The notes: generated by a model not told the origin, from the sequence alone. A DNA stretch of 64,000 bases from Catajapyx aquilonaris (GCA_000934665.2 JYFJ02001673.1:1-64000), one strand, 5' to 3'. Counted from the first letter of the stretch, positions 12,721 to 42,199 are shown. Made by a program: numbers and translations.

Positions 12721-15582
12721 TGACATGTGATTTATGTCCGGCTGTAATGAGAGAGTGTGATTACCAAGTCATGCGTCATGTGTTGCGAAACGCGTCAAAA
12801 ACTGCGGTGGCTATCAAGGTGCCCATGAAACTGCCCATCGGCCGGCCAGCTATGCAAATGTGCAGATCTGTTGGTTGGTTGGTGAAGGGAAAATAATTCG
12901 CGATTGGTAGTGCCCCGCGCGCACTTCAAGGCCCTGGGGTCCAACCCAAAAAGAGCTTTTGGAAAGTGAAAGTTTGGATTCACCTCCACCGAACCACATG
13001 AACTGATCCCTCAAAATATGTCCAGACTGATGCTGGATGGACCATAACAAGGCAATGATGGCCAGAGATTACCTTCTGGGCATTGTTTCCCGCAGACCAT
13101 GACACCAGTACTGAATGGAACCCATTTGTTATTAGTCAATCGGCGGGCGTAACAATGGATTACAAGCTGGTGACATCTCGTATTGATTTAAGTGTTTTTA
13201 TAAAGTAGGCGAACGTCCATGGAGTCGTGATGGTGCAGGTTGGATGAAAGGAGAGGACACATGTTTGTGATTTAAAAAAAGTTTTGGCTTTTTGACTTGT
13301 CTTGTTCTGCATCATTGGCAACAGTGGCAGGATGTATGAAAATGTGGTGTTGAAAGTTCAGAATGACAGCAGCTTGTAATGCAATGCCATGTGACATTCT
13401 CACTCAGCGCTTTCCATGGTCCATACCATGACATCTCACTGACTGTCACTGTCACTGTCAATATGGCCCATCTCACTTGAACTTTGTGGGACAGTAATAT
13501 AGCTAGATTAAAATATTCACAATTTTTAAAAGTTATTTGGTGCGCATCTTATAACTTTATTAGGGAAATGTATTGTCCCAGGTGATGCAAAATGTTTCAC
13601 CATATAGTTTTCTGCAGTAGTAAATTTTCTAGCATTAATACGAGGATAGGAAGGGGAAGGAAGTCACAGGATATCATGGCTATGTATCAGGAGAAGGCAG
13701 AAAAACAGGTGCCATTAATGAGGCAATTAAAATATTATTTTTAATATTTAATTAAATACAAATTAATCACAAATCCAAGAATTTAGCAATCTTTGTTACC
13801 TGTACTGGTACAGTTGCTGTACTTACCTGTATGAAGTCCTTCAGGGAGTGACTCGTTGGATGATGGATTTGACATAGCCTATGCTATCAATTTACTGTGG
13901 GGCGCAAGTCAGGTCAGCCATGCACAGTCATGTAACCTTCAGTTTATACATAGAACTTCTGCAGATGTTCAGCAGTACTTTGAAATCATTATTATTATTA
14001 CCGAGTGCATGCTCCTTTTTGAATAAGCCTGCCAGTGACATGGCTCCTTCACCTGAAAACAATGGACGTCACATGTTTACTTATTCTTTGTCCAGGCATT
14101 GTTACACCTATTTCGAAATTATCTGAACCCTAATATTCACATTGTATTTCTCATCCTTCCATTTCCGCTCCTTTGCAAACAATCTTCCCAACCTTTCTAC
14201 TGATGTCGCACTTTCACCTTGATGCTCCACTTTATAATTTCCTCTAGCTTCATTAAAAAGCAATAACTGCAAACAACAATGCAATCAATCAAGTTTGGTC
14301 CTACACAACATAATTGCAATTTGCCAGAACATGACAAAAGAGCCACTTTTATCGATATTTTTGGCATGAAGGTCGCACCTTTTTCTCAAGTTTAAGGATA
14401 ATGCTCTAGGTGACCTTCCAACATGCCACTCATAGTAAAAAAAAACCATTTCCTTGCTCCAAAGATAATGCAATGTTACGCGAAGGTTAGGCCTCGTCTG
14501 CTTTACCAGATTTGTGTAATAACCAACGAGGAAGGTGCAGGAAAACAGAGAAATAATCTTACCTTGCACAATTAAGGCCACTGCAGATGACATTGCAGAT
14601 ATCTAAAAAAGATCACAAATCATGGGATTGGCCTCTTCTCTGATGATATGGTTCCAAATAGTACCATTGTTGTCCCTTCGTACGAAACTTTCGTGTGTGG
14701 CAGGGGATTATTGGTGTACGTTAATAGTATGTTACTCTGGTACACTGAAAAAACACAATTTGACATTTCAAACTCTGTTATCATAGCATATTATGTTTCC
14801 GTATAGAAACAATTTAGGGTTGTAGCAGACATCATGTTAGATACTGTAATATATGACTGGAATTACTGATCATGTAAATTTCTGAACTCTGACGGGTCAT
14901 GCACTCGTGACAAAACACCTTTGTATTATGCTGTAAAAATGGCTGTGGGATTCTTATCTACAAGTTAGCTTTTTCGTTCTGCATACAATAAGGCATCAGT
15001 CAATACTAGAGGGTAGTTCTTGGTCATACATAAAAATAAACTTCACTCACTTCTAAGAACCAATGATAGGCTTAGCAGTTTTAGATTGGTTCACATCCTG
15101 TCAGCAAGATCCATAAGGGAGCACAGGCCACACTCTAAGAATCACTGCTCAAGGGCAGAGGTGTTGACGGGGATTGCAGTTCCTCTTAATTTTCCCAGGC
15201 TTTCATGCAACATGCATCATTTCTGTCAATCTGCGCAATTACACAGTACTGCAGTTAAAAAAAGCTCACAAAATTGCATGACTGCAAACCTTCAGAAATC
15301 CCAATATCAGTATGCAAGCCTTTTGTTAAAACCTTGAAAATTTTTAAAACTGCTTGACACTTGGCTATTATCTACAAAATGTACTTATTTAACAAGGGTA
15401 GGAATGGTAGGGTACGGGACTGGACAATGAATGTTGAGTGAATCACTTGACATTTCATTTGTGCTTATAGTGTATTCAATTTGTCTTTCCATGAACAACT
15501 AGAACCTTGTGATGCCCGCACTTTCCTGATCACCTTCTCCCATCAAAATTTACGCAAAAAGTAACAAAAAATAAAAGTGCTT

Positions 15583-15588
15583 TTTATT
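15583..15588 (-). promoter_or_regulatory. Candidate polyadenylation signal for FEM1B
   Basis: AATAAA on the minus strand about 270 nt downstream of the FEM1B stop, followed by T-rich sequence. Confidence 0.35.
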
Positions 15589-15855
15589 TCAGGTGCCCAC
15601 CGAAAGTGCAGGGCTATATACAATATGACTCCGTAACAGTTCTTCACCACCACAAAAAGCCTATGTCTATAGACTTTATCTCAGTCCAATCATGTGATCC
15701 AGCAGGCTCAAAAATTACACTGGAACACTAACTCAAAAGTAAAAAAGAGACAAAAAAAGAACCCTTCCACTTCAATTAAATACATGATCATAAATAATGA
15801 ATTATTAAAATGAAATCTTGACACTTTCCTGAATTCCTTTTTAGTGATGATGTTG

Positions 15856-32380
<16,525 letters not shown>

Positions 32381-32439
32381 CCCGATCGCCTCTCGAGTAG
32401 AACCCTCCAGCTTCCCTTTTTTTCCTTTCCTTTCAGAAC

Positions 32440-32620
32440 ACTCTCACACTACATCAGCCCAGCATCGGCCGCCATTACTGAATCCCTCGCGCAGGGTTGC
32501 CACACATTGCACCGTGCATGAAAGAAGTGCGGCAACGTCGTTTGCGTAACGCCGTCAGCTTGTGTCCTGCGCAAAGGGTTAAAAATAGGGCGGGCTTGCA
32601 TGGTGGCCAATTTAAACATG
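32440..32620 (-). promoter_or_regulatory. CpG-rich FEM1B promoter / 5' leader
   Basis: CpG-dense segment immediately upstream of the ATG. GC box GGGCGG (32588), CCAAT (32607) and YY1-like AATGGCGGC on the minus strand (~32468-32476). Confidence 0.55.
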
Positions 32621-34117
32621 GACAACAAGGATGTTAAAATTTTTTGAAAGGTCCGGGGAATATTAGAGAGTATTTCGGAGACTGGTTGGGGTAAGGGTTG
32701 GATTGGAGGCAGGGTTGGAAATGTGGGGGTTGGCAGCAGGTGGAATTTATGGTTTTGGTGACTGTTTCGGGTCTAAATAGACGTTTACACATGCGTGTGG
32801 TCACAGTAAGTTCCTGAAAAATATTCTTGGAATAAAGACGCATTCTCATGTAAAGACGGGTTATACACCGAAATAGTGAAGTTTCCGAAATTTGTAGGAA
32901 AAAGAAAAGGATTTGAAAATGTGATGCAAAAATAGCAAAAATATTTGAAGATCGCCGCGCCGTGCAGTTCATTGACAGCGAAGCAGGTGACAGTTCTAAC
33001 TTTATAAGGACTATAAAACCACAAGACCACAGTTGGAATATTATTATTAGTTATAATAGTAATATAACTTGCATTAACATTTATCGCATATAAAACGCAC
33101 TTTTTCTCCACAAGTTTTGCCATCATATGCGCGTTGGCGAATATGCAAAGTCCAGTTTTATGCAAGTCATATCATTCCTTAAAAAGAAGAAAAAAAAATC
33201 TTTCGCCAGATAACTTGAGTGAAAATATACAGCTTAATGTAATGCCATTTTTATCCAATTGATAGGTAGCCTACTATATGTGTTGCGAATATGCATGCAT
33301 TGCAACTTACGCTTCAATTATTGGTGTTGCTGTCAGGCAAAAGTTCTAGGCAAAAGTGGGTGAGCCAACAAACTCCAACAAATTGCAATGCAAAATAGCG
33401 CTCTCGTCGCCTACTACCCACAAATATTTTGTTTAAAAAAAAAGTTGCCACAAACATGGGAGTCATGGACATATTAAATATGTTATTATTATTAACTGGA
33501 CTGTGATTTTATAGCGCTAGAATAAGGTCTAGATCTCACATTTAGTGTTAAAAACAACTCGAAACCACGCCACACAGAAGTAAGGCTACGGGTAGTGAAA
33601 ATTGATTTTCTACAGACCAACCAAGATTGATAAACAGAGAGTGTTTATCCATCTTGCATCTGTCTTTCCAATTTTGTGACATTGTTGCCCGCTGGTTCTG
33701 CAAGGATAATAAATTGCAGTTGCTTGTCCATTATTATTAGTTGCCCGCCCTTATTTCCTTGCTTATTTCATACATTAACATTGTCCATAGTTATTCGTAG
33801 CAATTCAATTCCTTTGAAATAATTTAAAGTAATGGTCACGAGGCCATCTACGATCGTTTAATATCTCAAACAAATTCTTTCTCATTACATTTATCAAGAT
33901 TTATAACATCCATTATAGCTAATATAACTTGTTCGCTCTTAATAAGGAACTGCTATCAAAGTCACTGCTTATTGATAACAGCTGCGTGATGGAGAAATGA
34001 CTCGTCGTTCCAACATGGCGCCCAACTGTTTGTAAAGGAAAAGTCGTACGGTCCTCTTTTTAGGTTTTTTTTTGGACAATTGCGGGGCATAAGTGGGCTC
34101 ATTTAGGCCGAATAATA

Positions 34118-35320
34118 ATGTCTGATAGTGTGTCGGAAGCAGGTGGACGAGATGAGCAGCGGTGCGGGCAAAGAAGAGGGAGATCCAGGAGGCTGAACAA
34201 AAGGTAATGGAACAAAGAAGGAATTTAAAAAACCATTACTGAAAGTATTATTACTACGTAGATACGTACCCATGTTCCAAATTGTTATTACCAGTATGCC
34301 TTTACACATAGGCCTACACTATTTCATGTTGATTTAACATTGGCATGGTTTCAGGCTGATGCGGTTGGTCGTGTTCCTCGCATCCCCAATGAGCTCTGCT
34401 CCTTCTGGTTTTGGCCTATTTGCAGCAACGAGACCTGCTGCAAAGTGCATCCCCAGTTTGCAATAATTGGAGTGAGTATTAGTGATGCATGCTTCGCTTT
34501 GGAAAGAGGTGAAGCTGGACGGACCCTTTTTGAGTGCAGAGAGGGCCAAGAAGCTGCTTGAGCCCATGAAGAACCTCAAGACGGTACGACTGGTTTAACG
34601 GAACAAATTGTCATCTTGGGTGGATGAGATCCTGGTATGTGTTGCAGACCTGTTTCCAAGCTTGGAAGTGCTGGACCTGGACAATTACGACATTCATTGC
34701 CGCATGTCAATGGAGCGTGTGGCCTCCAGGTGGGTTGTACACACAAGGGTTGGTAGTTTTCGCGTTGATTTATATAGCGAACAAACTTCCCAAATATAGA
34801 TACAGAGACTGTGTGCTGTTATACCGGTATATTTTCAGTTGCCAAGAAATCAAGATGCTGACGCTGAAGAATGGTTGCCTGTGCAGCAGTCATGTCTTTG
34901 ACATGTTTGACACAGTTTAAAGCTGGAGAAGCTCACTATGCAGCATTCCAAATATATGGAGACTGGCCTGGACACTTCCCTGAAAAGGAATTGGCCTCTA
35001 CTGAGAAGTTGAACTGAGTGGGTTGTCTATATCAGTAACTTGGAGATGGTAAGCAGATGTACTCCAGCACTTTGGAAAGTTGTTCTTAGTGGCTGGCTTC
35101 CAGCTGATCACTTCCTCCACCTCAAGCAGTGTCAGCTTCTGGAAGACTTGACTGTACCGTTGCACTATGATATGAGCCGTCTGAATAGTGTGTGAGTAGT
35201 CACCGAAACATCCACCATCTCACCTTGCATATTCTGTTAGGTGGCAGAGATCAGCTTGTCTCACTTTTGACTGTGAAAGAAGTGGGCTCACACACTACAG
35301 GTTAATAACAGGTGGGCTTT
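34118..35320 (+). pseudogene. F-box/LRR-repeat protein pseudogene (intron-containing)
   Basis: Correcting two frameshifts (~34395, ~34477) gives IPNE/LLLLVLAYLQQRDLLQSASPVCNNWSE/LVMHASLWKEVKL, an F-box motif. LRR-like segments follow (MKNLKTVRLV*, FPSLEVLDLD, CQEIKMLTLK, LEKLTMQ, CQLLEDLTV). In-frame TAA at 34596; phase-consistent GT-AG intron 34730-34838. Ends are approximate. Confidence 0.8.
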
Positions 35321-36397
35321 TTTTCTTTGCATTATTAATAACTGGACGAGTATGTAAGAGGGTTTTTTAGAATTTCAAGTCAGGTGCAGAATGGTCAAGA
35401 GTCTGATTTGTCAAAATTGAGTTAGGCCTTGTTTAATTACTTGGTGTAACACAATTCAAATGTAATTGTTGATCTTCACAATAAATGTACTTTCCCATCC
35501 AGGTGTGGGTTCCTGCACTTTTATGGAGTTCCGTTCCCTTGTATCTGCTGACGCTGTAACCATTATGGAGAATATGGCTTGATGCAGGGAACTTCTTGGA
35601 ATCTTTGGAATCATGCTAATCCCTCCCTCAATTACTAATGACCTTATATATGAGACCCTATGAGGAATGTTAGTAGTTTCACTTTGTACCAGTAACTTTC
35701 TGTGGCTGATATTCCAGCTTTCTTGTCAACATTGTATTTTCAGTAATAAATGCACACTTGGTTGTACTATGACCCGCAAAAATATTGTTGCGGGGGGAAA
35801 TACTGTTTGGGAGTGGTCAGTGACTTCTGTTTCCGCCAGTTATTTAGTGTTGCCAGGTGATACATAAGGCGAGAGACCTACCAGTCTCAGTGGCCTGCTT
35901 ATTGGTGAGGGAGGGAGAAAATTGTGTCAATAGAAGCCTTTTGCTTATCTTGCAAAAGTAAAGTCATGGATCCTTCTCTTTCAACTCGCCATGTTTGATA
36001 TAAATGTATAATTCCGGGCTTGTGGCCTTGGGAGGCCTTTTTTTGGCGACTTCCTCCTTACTTACTTGCCTAACTGGTGCAAATTATTTTCCGGTGATTT
36101 GGACCAAGGCAGAATGTCAAATGATTATGCTAGGTGGCACCCATTAATAAAATAGGTCCCGGAACAGGCTCTAAATGTTGGGCACTGCTGTTTCTGCGCA
36201 GTTGTGCTAATGTGCATCACTGCCCAAGTCACCAGGCCTCTGGTAGTTCAGGGGAAAATGTAACTTGGGCTTGTGGTTTTAAGTTCAGAGCAGATAATTA
36301 TGTGCCTGTACACCAGAGAAGACTGATTGTCAGTCTCCACAAACATCTAAAGCGAAGAAAATAGGCCTAATATAATTATCAAGTCAACAATAATATA

Positions 36398-36650
36398 CAG
36401 GTTGTTCAAAGTGTGCGGGATGCTTTGTAGTAATAGGAACTGTCGCTCGTATTAATAGCTATTATTTTATTTGTAGCAAAATACTTAATATACCCTCCAT
36501 TGTTCTGAATGACTGCAGCAAGCCTGTCGGGCATACTCGAGACCATATTTGCCAGGATGGCAGGATCCAAGGTCTGTTAGCTACTGTCTCCCACACCTCC
36601 CTACAATGGTCTTGCAGAACGGCAATTAGGACCAACTTCAGGACATCCAT
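36398..36650 (-). mobile_element. Tc1-like transposon 3' remnant
   Basis: Minus strand encodes LQDHCREVWETV../DPAILANMVSSMPDRLAAVIQNNGGYIKY, like the Tc1 C-terminal SMPxRxxAVIxxxGGxTKY motif. Terminus TA-CAGGTTGTTCAAAG at 36396. Confidence 0.75.
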
Positions 36651-36736
36651 GGCTAATTGCAGCTAACACAAGACTCATATTGCACCAGGTTGTAGGTGGT
36701 GTTGCTCATGTGTGGATCGTATGACTATAAATACTT

Positions 36737-37076
36737 TTTTTTTTACGTTACCCCGTGATAAGGCTGAGCCTTTTTAGGGGGGTGGAATACCGCCATTTAA
36801 CTCCATTTTCTGAATTCACTTCATTCACCGGTGCAAGGAGTCAAGGATGTAGGGTAGGGATAGGGATTTTTGGGGAGGGAACATTGGTGCGAGCGCAATG
36901 TCGGTAAAGGGGTCATGTGCTGTTCCCCAGGAGGTTAGGTTGCCAGACACCTCCTTGGTGCAGGTCAGAGACCCTCCCGACGCAGGTGAAAGGAAAGTTC
37001 CCCAGGCGGGGATCGAACCTGGGGCCTTTCACTCAGCAAGCCGAGACGTTACCATCTCGGCCATCTACACCTCCCC
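36737..37076 (-). mobile_element. tRNA-derived SINE, full length
   Basis: Head GGGGAGGTGTAGATGGCCGAGATGG (A box) ... GGTTCGATCCC (B box), A-tail at the 36737 end, flanking direct repeat AAATACTT (36729-36736, 37077-37084). Confidence 0.88.
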
Positions 37077-37319
37077 AAATACTTCAATTAAGCTGTCCGC
37101 TTTGTTCCCCTACATCAATTTTATTCTCATGATTCTTGCGCAATACAATAATTCAAGGATAGATTTTAACAATGTTAGGTAATATAATTTCTGTATATCA
37201 AATGCACATAATGTAATGAATTCATTAAGCACACAAATGGTAGAAATGAGAAGGTCACATCATCACATTGGTAATAACATATTACAGATAAATGCAGTTT
37301 ATTTAGTACATACATGAAG

Positions 37320-37656
37320 CTACTTGGTGGTGTCAATTCCACTGTACTGGTGCAAAATCTGGACGACATCATCGTAAACCAAGGGAACGACGTTTCTGGA
37401 AATGGTGAAGTAACCGTGATAGAAAAGAGGCACTTGACTTGGAATGACCCAGCCAGGTTGAGAAGCTGATCCGCTGTAGTCTTCATGTCCTAAAAACAAA
37501 GAATATTAATTAAAAGGGAATAAATTGCTTCGATCCAACACAACACCCTTGGATGTGCAACCAATCGTTGAGTCCCCAAAACATGGCCACAGGAGCTGTT
37601 ATGTTTCAAGGTTGTAATGAGGCGGTGATGCCGAGTTGTATGAGGGAGGATGTGAC
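37320..37656 (-). pseudogene. Acid lipase (Lip1/Lip3/LIPA family) pseudogene, last two exons
   Basis: With frameshifts: YNSASPPHYNL/NITAPVAMFWGLNDWL/HPR |intron 37546-37490| DMKTTADQLLNLAG/VIPSQVPLFYHGYFTISRNVVPLVYDDVVQILHQYSGIDTTK*, then AATAAA (37303-37298). Matches the PPxYNLxxITxPVALxxGxNDWL...FNHxDF...VYxxI C-terminus of acid lipases. Further exon-like pieces at 37750-38006. Confidence 0.72.
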
Positions 37657-39000
37657 CTTTCACATAACACAAAATTGATAATATGCAACACCCTTTTAAT
37701 ATTCGGCTGAAATCTTCAAGGTGATCACTGATGGTCTAATGCTACTTACCTAAAGCCATTGAAGGTGGTCCAAAGAGGAAGGCCATTACTGATGATAGTA
37801 TTGCATATGACTGGTGGACTCCTATTGACACTGCTCGTGTTGTTTGATGCACCATATGGTATGCAATGGAGTGACAGGATCTACCCATCACTTTGTTGTC
37901 ACTTTGTGGTCTTCACATGGGTATCCTTTGTCTTGTATTGTACATACCCGCACTTGTTGAAGCAAACCGCAAAAAATCACAAAGATCCAACCACCCTTGC
38001 TTGCACCTGAAAGAATTTTTTTATTGTTCCCTCGTAAGTCCAGAGATAATTCCAAGATAATTCACTGCATAATTTTATGAGAAATTTTGCAGTTCGGGAA
38101 ACTGACTCGAGATTCAAATGTACCAGACCATGATCGGATTGTATTGTAAAGTATCTGCAAAGGTTTGTGATGTCCTTTAATTTCCTGCCCTAATTGTCTG
38201 GTATTTAAAAAATCAACAGCAATTAAATGTAGGTGTTCAAAACTTGACATTGAGTGGGAATAAACATATCATTAGGGGGGGAAATGCTGCATTGCCACTT
38301 TTATTATGATGAACTTTTCACACGGCAAACGGCTCAAAGGGAAGGTCCCATTTTCCAAGTGGATACCACACGTGAATGAGCATGACTTGCAACTGGACAG
38401 GGATGGACTTGGAATCGACAGAGGGAAGCCACCCACCTCTCACATGTATCCACATCTATCTCCAAACCAAGACAGGTATGTGTTACTTCTACATTACAAT
38501 AATAAAAAATTGTAGAAAAGATACATATTGTTAAATACGTAACTTCTTATTAAATTGTAGAAAAGATACCGTACTTATTAGAACAAATCTTTATTGTTGA
38601 ACGGGCCTTACATCGCTCTTGAACTCCAGAAGTTCATTTACAAGACACATTGCCATCAGGTACAGTTTAAGTTGTGTTCATACTCTTTGTTAATTAAAAT
38701 TATTTTTTCCAAAAACAACACACACTACAACTGTTTACATCTTACAAAAAAGTAGGTGGCAATTATGAGGCAGAATTAACTCAGTGTGCAATTTCCATCC
38801 ACATACTGCCTGCTGCAATGGTGCAACATGGGACTGATTACATTTGCTGCATGTTTCACTTGGAATGGTATATACGGTACCAAAATATCACATTATGAGA
38901 AGATACACTTCTTACTTTGTTTTAAATGTCTATAATAATAAATAAATAATAATAATTGTAGGTAGTGCTTCTGACCCTTTTGGGTAAAAGCACTTTGACA

Positions 39001-39300
39001 TTTATTTATTTTTTATCGATTGGTGTTATATTTTGGTGCCTATTCATTTGGGTCGCCCGGGCCCACGGGCAGGATGACAGGAGGGGATGTGCAATGTGCA
39101 GTGCAAAGTTTCCAAGATGTTAGACTACATAATTTGTGAACTACCCCTGGTGGATATGTCTAGTGGAAATTCCACCCGAGACGAAGCCAGAGACGACCCA
39201 ACTCTGCACGAGATGAAGGGGGTGTCCCCGGGCTGGGATCGAACCAGGGACCTTAACATCCGTGGGTGTATACGTTGCCGCAGCGCCACTTCGCCTCCCC
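39001..39300 (-). mobile_element. tRNA-derived SINE (second family)
   Basis: Head GGGGAGGCGAAGTGGCGCTGCGG (A box) ... GGTTCGATCCC (B box), unrelated body, (A)n/AAAT tail at 39001. Confidence 0.82.
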
Positions 39301-42199
39301 ATTTTAAATGTCTATAGGCTACTGCAGGTGTAGGGTGTAGGCTGTATGTGTCTTCTTTCCCATGCCAATATGTAAGGTGTGGAATTGTACAAAATATTAA
39401 TAATACGTGTATGCAGAATTAATATTGTTAACTTGCTTGTGTTTTCAATGTCACTACATTTGCAAGCCATATTACGATACTCGATTAACCTGCATGTCAA
39501 CATCCTAACTAAATGCATATTGTCAGATTTGTATAGGTCAGGTGTTAAATGGAAATGCAAAAATATTCGCGATGTGTGTCGAGCCTGCGTTTTTTTCCAT
39601 TAACATGCATTAAAATGTTTTGCGTGCAGAACTTGTACAGTGTAGGCTCAGCGGGAATGTGCCTGGAATAATGTTGCTGGACCTACAAAGCATTACAGTG
39701 ACATGGGCAGAGCCAGATATGTTTTGATAATGCCTGTGCCAATTTGTTGATTTTTCAAATAGCTAAATAGACATAACTGGCCAAGTTTGAAGTTAATTAT
39801 AATGATACTGGTTTAATAGAGAGAGACACACACACACACATTTTATGAATATTCTTATAAGAATAGTGACAGAATGATAGTTATAGCCTTTCACGTAAGT
39901 TAACTTAGTTTTTCTATTCTGTACAAGTTGGACTCACGCGTTACATTACACACACCATCCCTCAGGTAGTTCCTACTGGACAAACCACCATTATGCTGCA
40001 AGACTAAACTGAGGTGTGCAGTACCGGTACAGAAATATAACGATGCAATAAAGGCACTAGGGATAATGCAATTCAATGGAAATTTGTGGGGCAAAAAAAT
40101 GGCCGTGATAACTACTCTCGACGGATCCTATTAGCGGACTTTTCGAAGCGGAAGAAAAAGCTTACTGCGGGGTTTTTGGTGTTTCATATTTTATTCATTT
40201 CACAAAAAAGAAGGGGTGGGGGGAGCGGGGCCAACTCAAATGGCTGCAAAGGCAAGGAAGGGTATTAAATCTTGCACTTCTTCCAAATTTTTGTCCCTCC
40301 GAGGGCCCCCCACTTTTTTATCGATATCCTCAAGCTAAGGGACACCCCCGGGTGAAATAAAACGTCGAGGGACCCAACTTCATAATAGACAGCGATAGAG
40401 ATATGGCTTGCTCCATACATATACAGTGGCAAGCAAATCTGGTCTAAGGGAGGGTTGGGGATTTAGATCCGCTTCAGCTACGACTGCATATATGAATTCA
40501 TCATTTTGGAATGACGGGGAAGAATGAGCTGGCGAGCCAATTAGAGAAACATTATGAAAAAGTTGAGCAAATGTCCGGCTCTTATAAGTTGACGGAGCTT
40601 GTGTGGAAGATGCGACCTTTAAAAGCTAGGTGTGACCCCCGCAGAGAGCGTCAATTATGCAATTTTCTTCAGGTTTCTTTTCTCACGAAAAGCCTTTTCA
40701 TTCCTTTCTTGAAGAGTCGGAGATATAAGGACACCCACGCACACCAGGCAGCTAGAACTATCATTTTTCACGGGATGGTAAGTCCGCTTGAGAAACGTAC
40801 GTCATAAAGGTTTCATTATGCTTTTACACCTCTGGTAATGCGAGGGTGGCGCTTTCTGCAATCATCATTCACTCCTGCACAGTCGCTCCCCAACATTTCT
40901 CAACGTCACTTTGCATAATTCAGAGCTTCTTGGTTTCAAAGCTCACCGAGGATCTTTTGGAGGGGGATGCTCTTTTCACTTCTGGCACACAAAGGAATTC
41001 AAGTCGTAGGCAGCCACCATGTAATAAATTTCTTACCGGCTATCGAAGCCATCATTTCCACCAGCCTTCTGTGGGGACATTATTTCGATCTGGATGACTT
41101 CCGACACTGTCTCCGCATTCCCCTAGATCCCAAGACTGCAATTTCTCCAATGGACCTGGGGTCCCTCCTCTGCTCCATCTGTCCATCTTCTTTCCACTCG
41201 ATGTCCATCTGTGCGGAAGGGGAAAAAAGAAACCTACTGATGCTGTATAAAGATCAAAACCGCTGCCCCTCTGAGGACGATCGTAAAGTTTTGTAAAGAC
41301 GCATAAAAAGCGAATTCCCAACAGTAAAACAAACGGTATATTATATCAGTCTAGGCAGGTGCACGAGTCATGTATATAGTGGCCAAAGGAAAGCAATGGA
41401 AAACTTCATGATTTATTTTCAAAGAGTTGACATTTAGTGTACGGTACACGGGAAATATTTCTGAATGCTAGCAACAAAAGTCTTTCAGCCTTAAAACAGG
41501 TATTGCCGAGGTATCGCAATTGAATTCTCTCAAAATAATGCGGTCGAATACCGTACATGAAAGTAATTAAAACTACATTAACTTAAAAATTAACATGTTA
41601 CATCGCGTGGGGACTGGATGGAGGACCGTGTAAATTGCAATTTATGTTGTTACAAATAGGTAGCTATAACTTTTGACTATGCAAAAGACACTGTAAATAT
41701 TTACGCGCACTTCATAATGTGTTTGGATGCGTGAGCTGCGAATTGCCATTTTATTCCATTACATAGCAAAGCCATTTAGGGCCTACGCACTGTTATGTCG
41801 GTTCACTTCAGTTGATTACTGTTTGCACGTATAGTGGAAATATCACTGCGGGTCTGGGAAGCTACCTTCACTGGAATACGCGCATAAAATATTCAGTTGA
41901 TGGAAGATATTTTACAGTGCAGGTTTTATTAATTTGGAAGTTAGTATTTATTCAAATTTGTCTCTGCATGGTTGTGCAAAGGTAATTGAATATCTTTCGT
42001 CGTGACCTTACCTTTTCAATATCATTCTTCCCATAGAGAACTGGTGAGACAGCAAAAAATGCCACAACTTTTACCAGGGACTATAATACAGTCTATATGA
42101 TTACAACATGAATGACTGAATTGGCACTTCAACTCTTGACATAACAAAGCGTAACTACCCTGCGAGTGTTGCCTATAGACTTTTTTTGTGTACTCCTCT

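Noticed and set aside
36990..37076. tRNA gene
   Set aside because: Has A/B boxes but continues into a ~260-bp body, A-tail and TSD, so it is a SINE head. The same applies to 39225-39300 (body and tail).
38507..38569. 18-bp direct repeat AAATTGTAGAAAAGATAC
   Set aside because: Simple local slippage duplication with no further structure.
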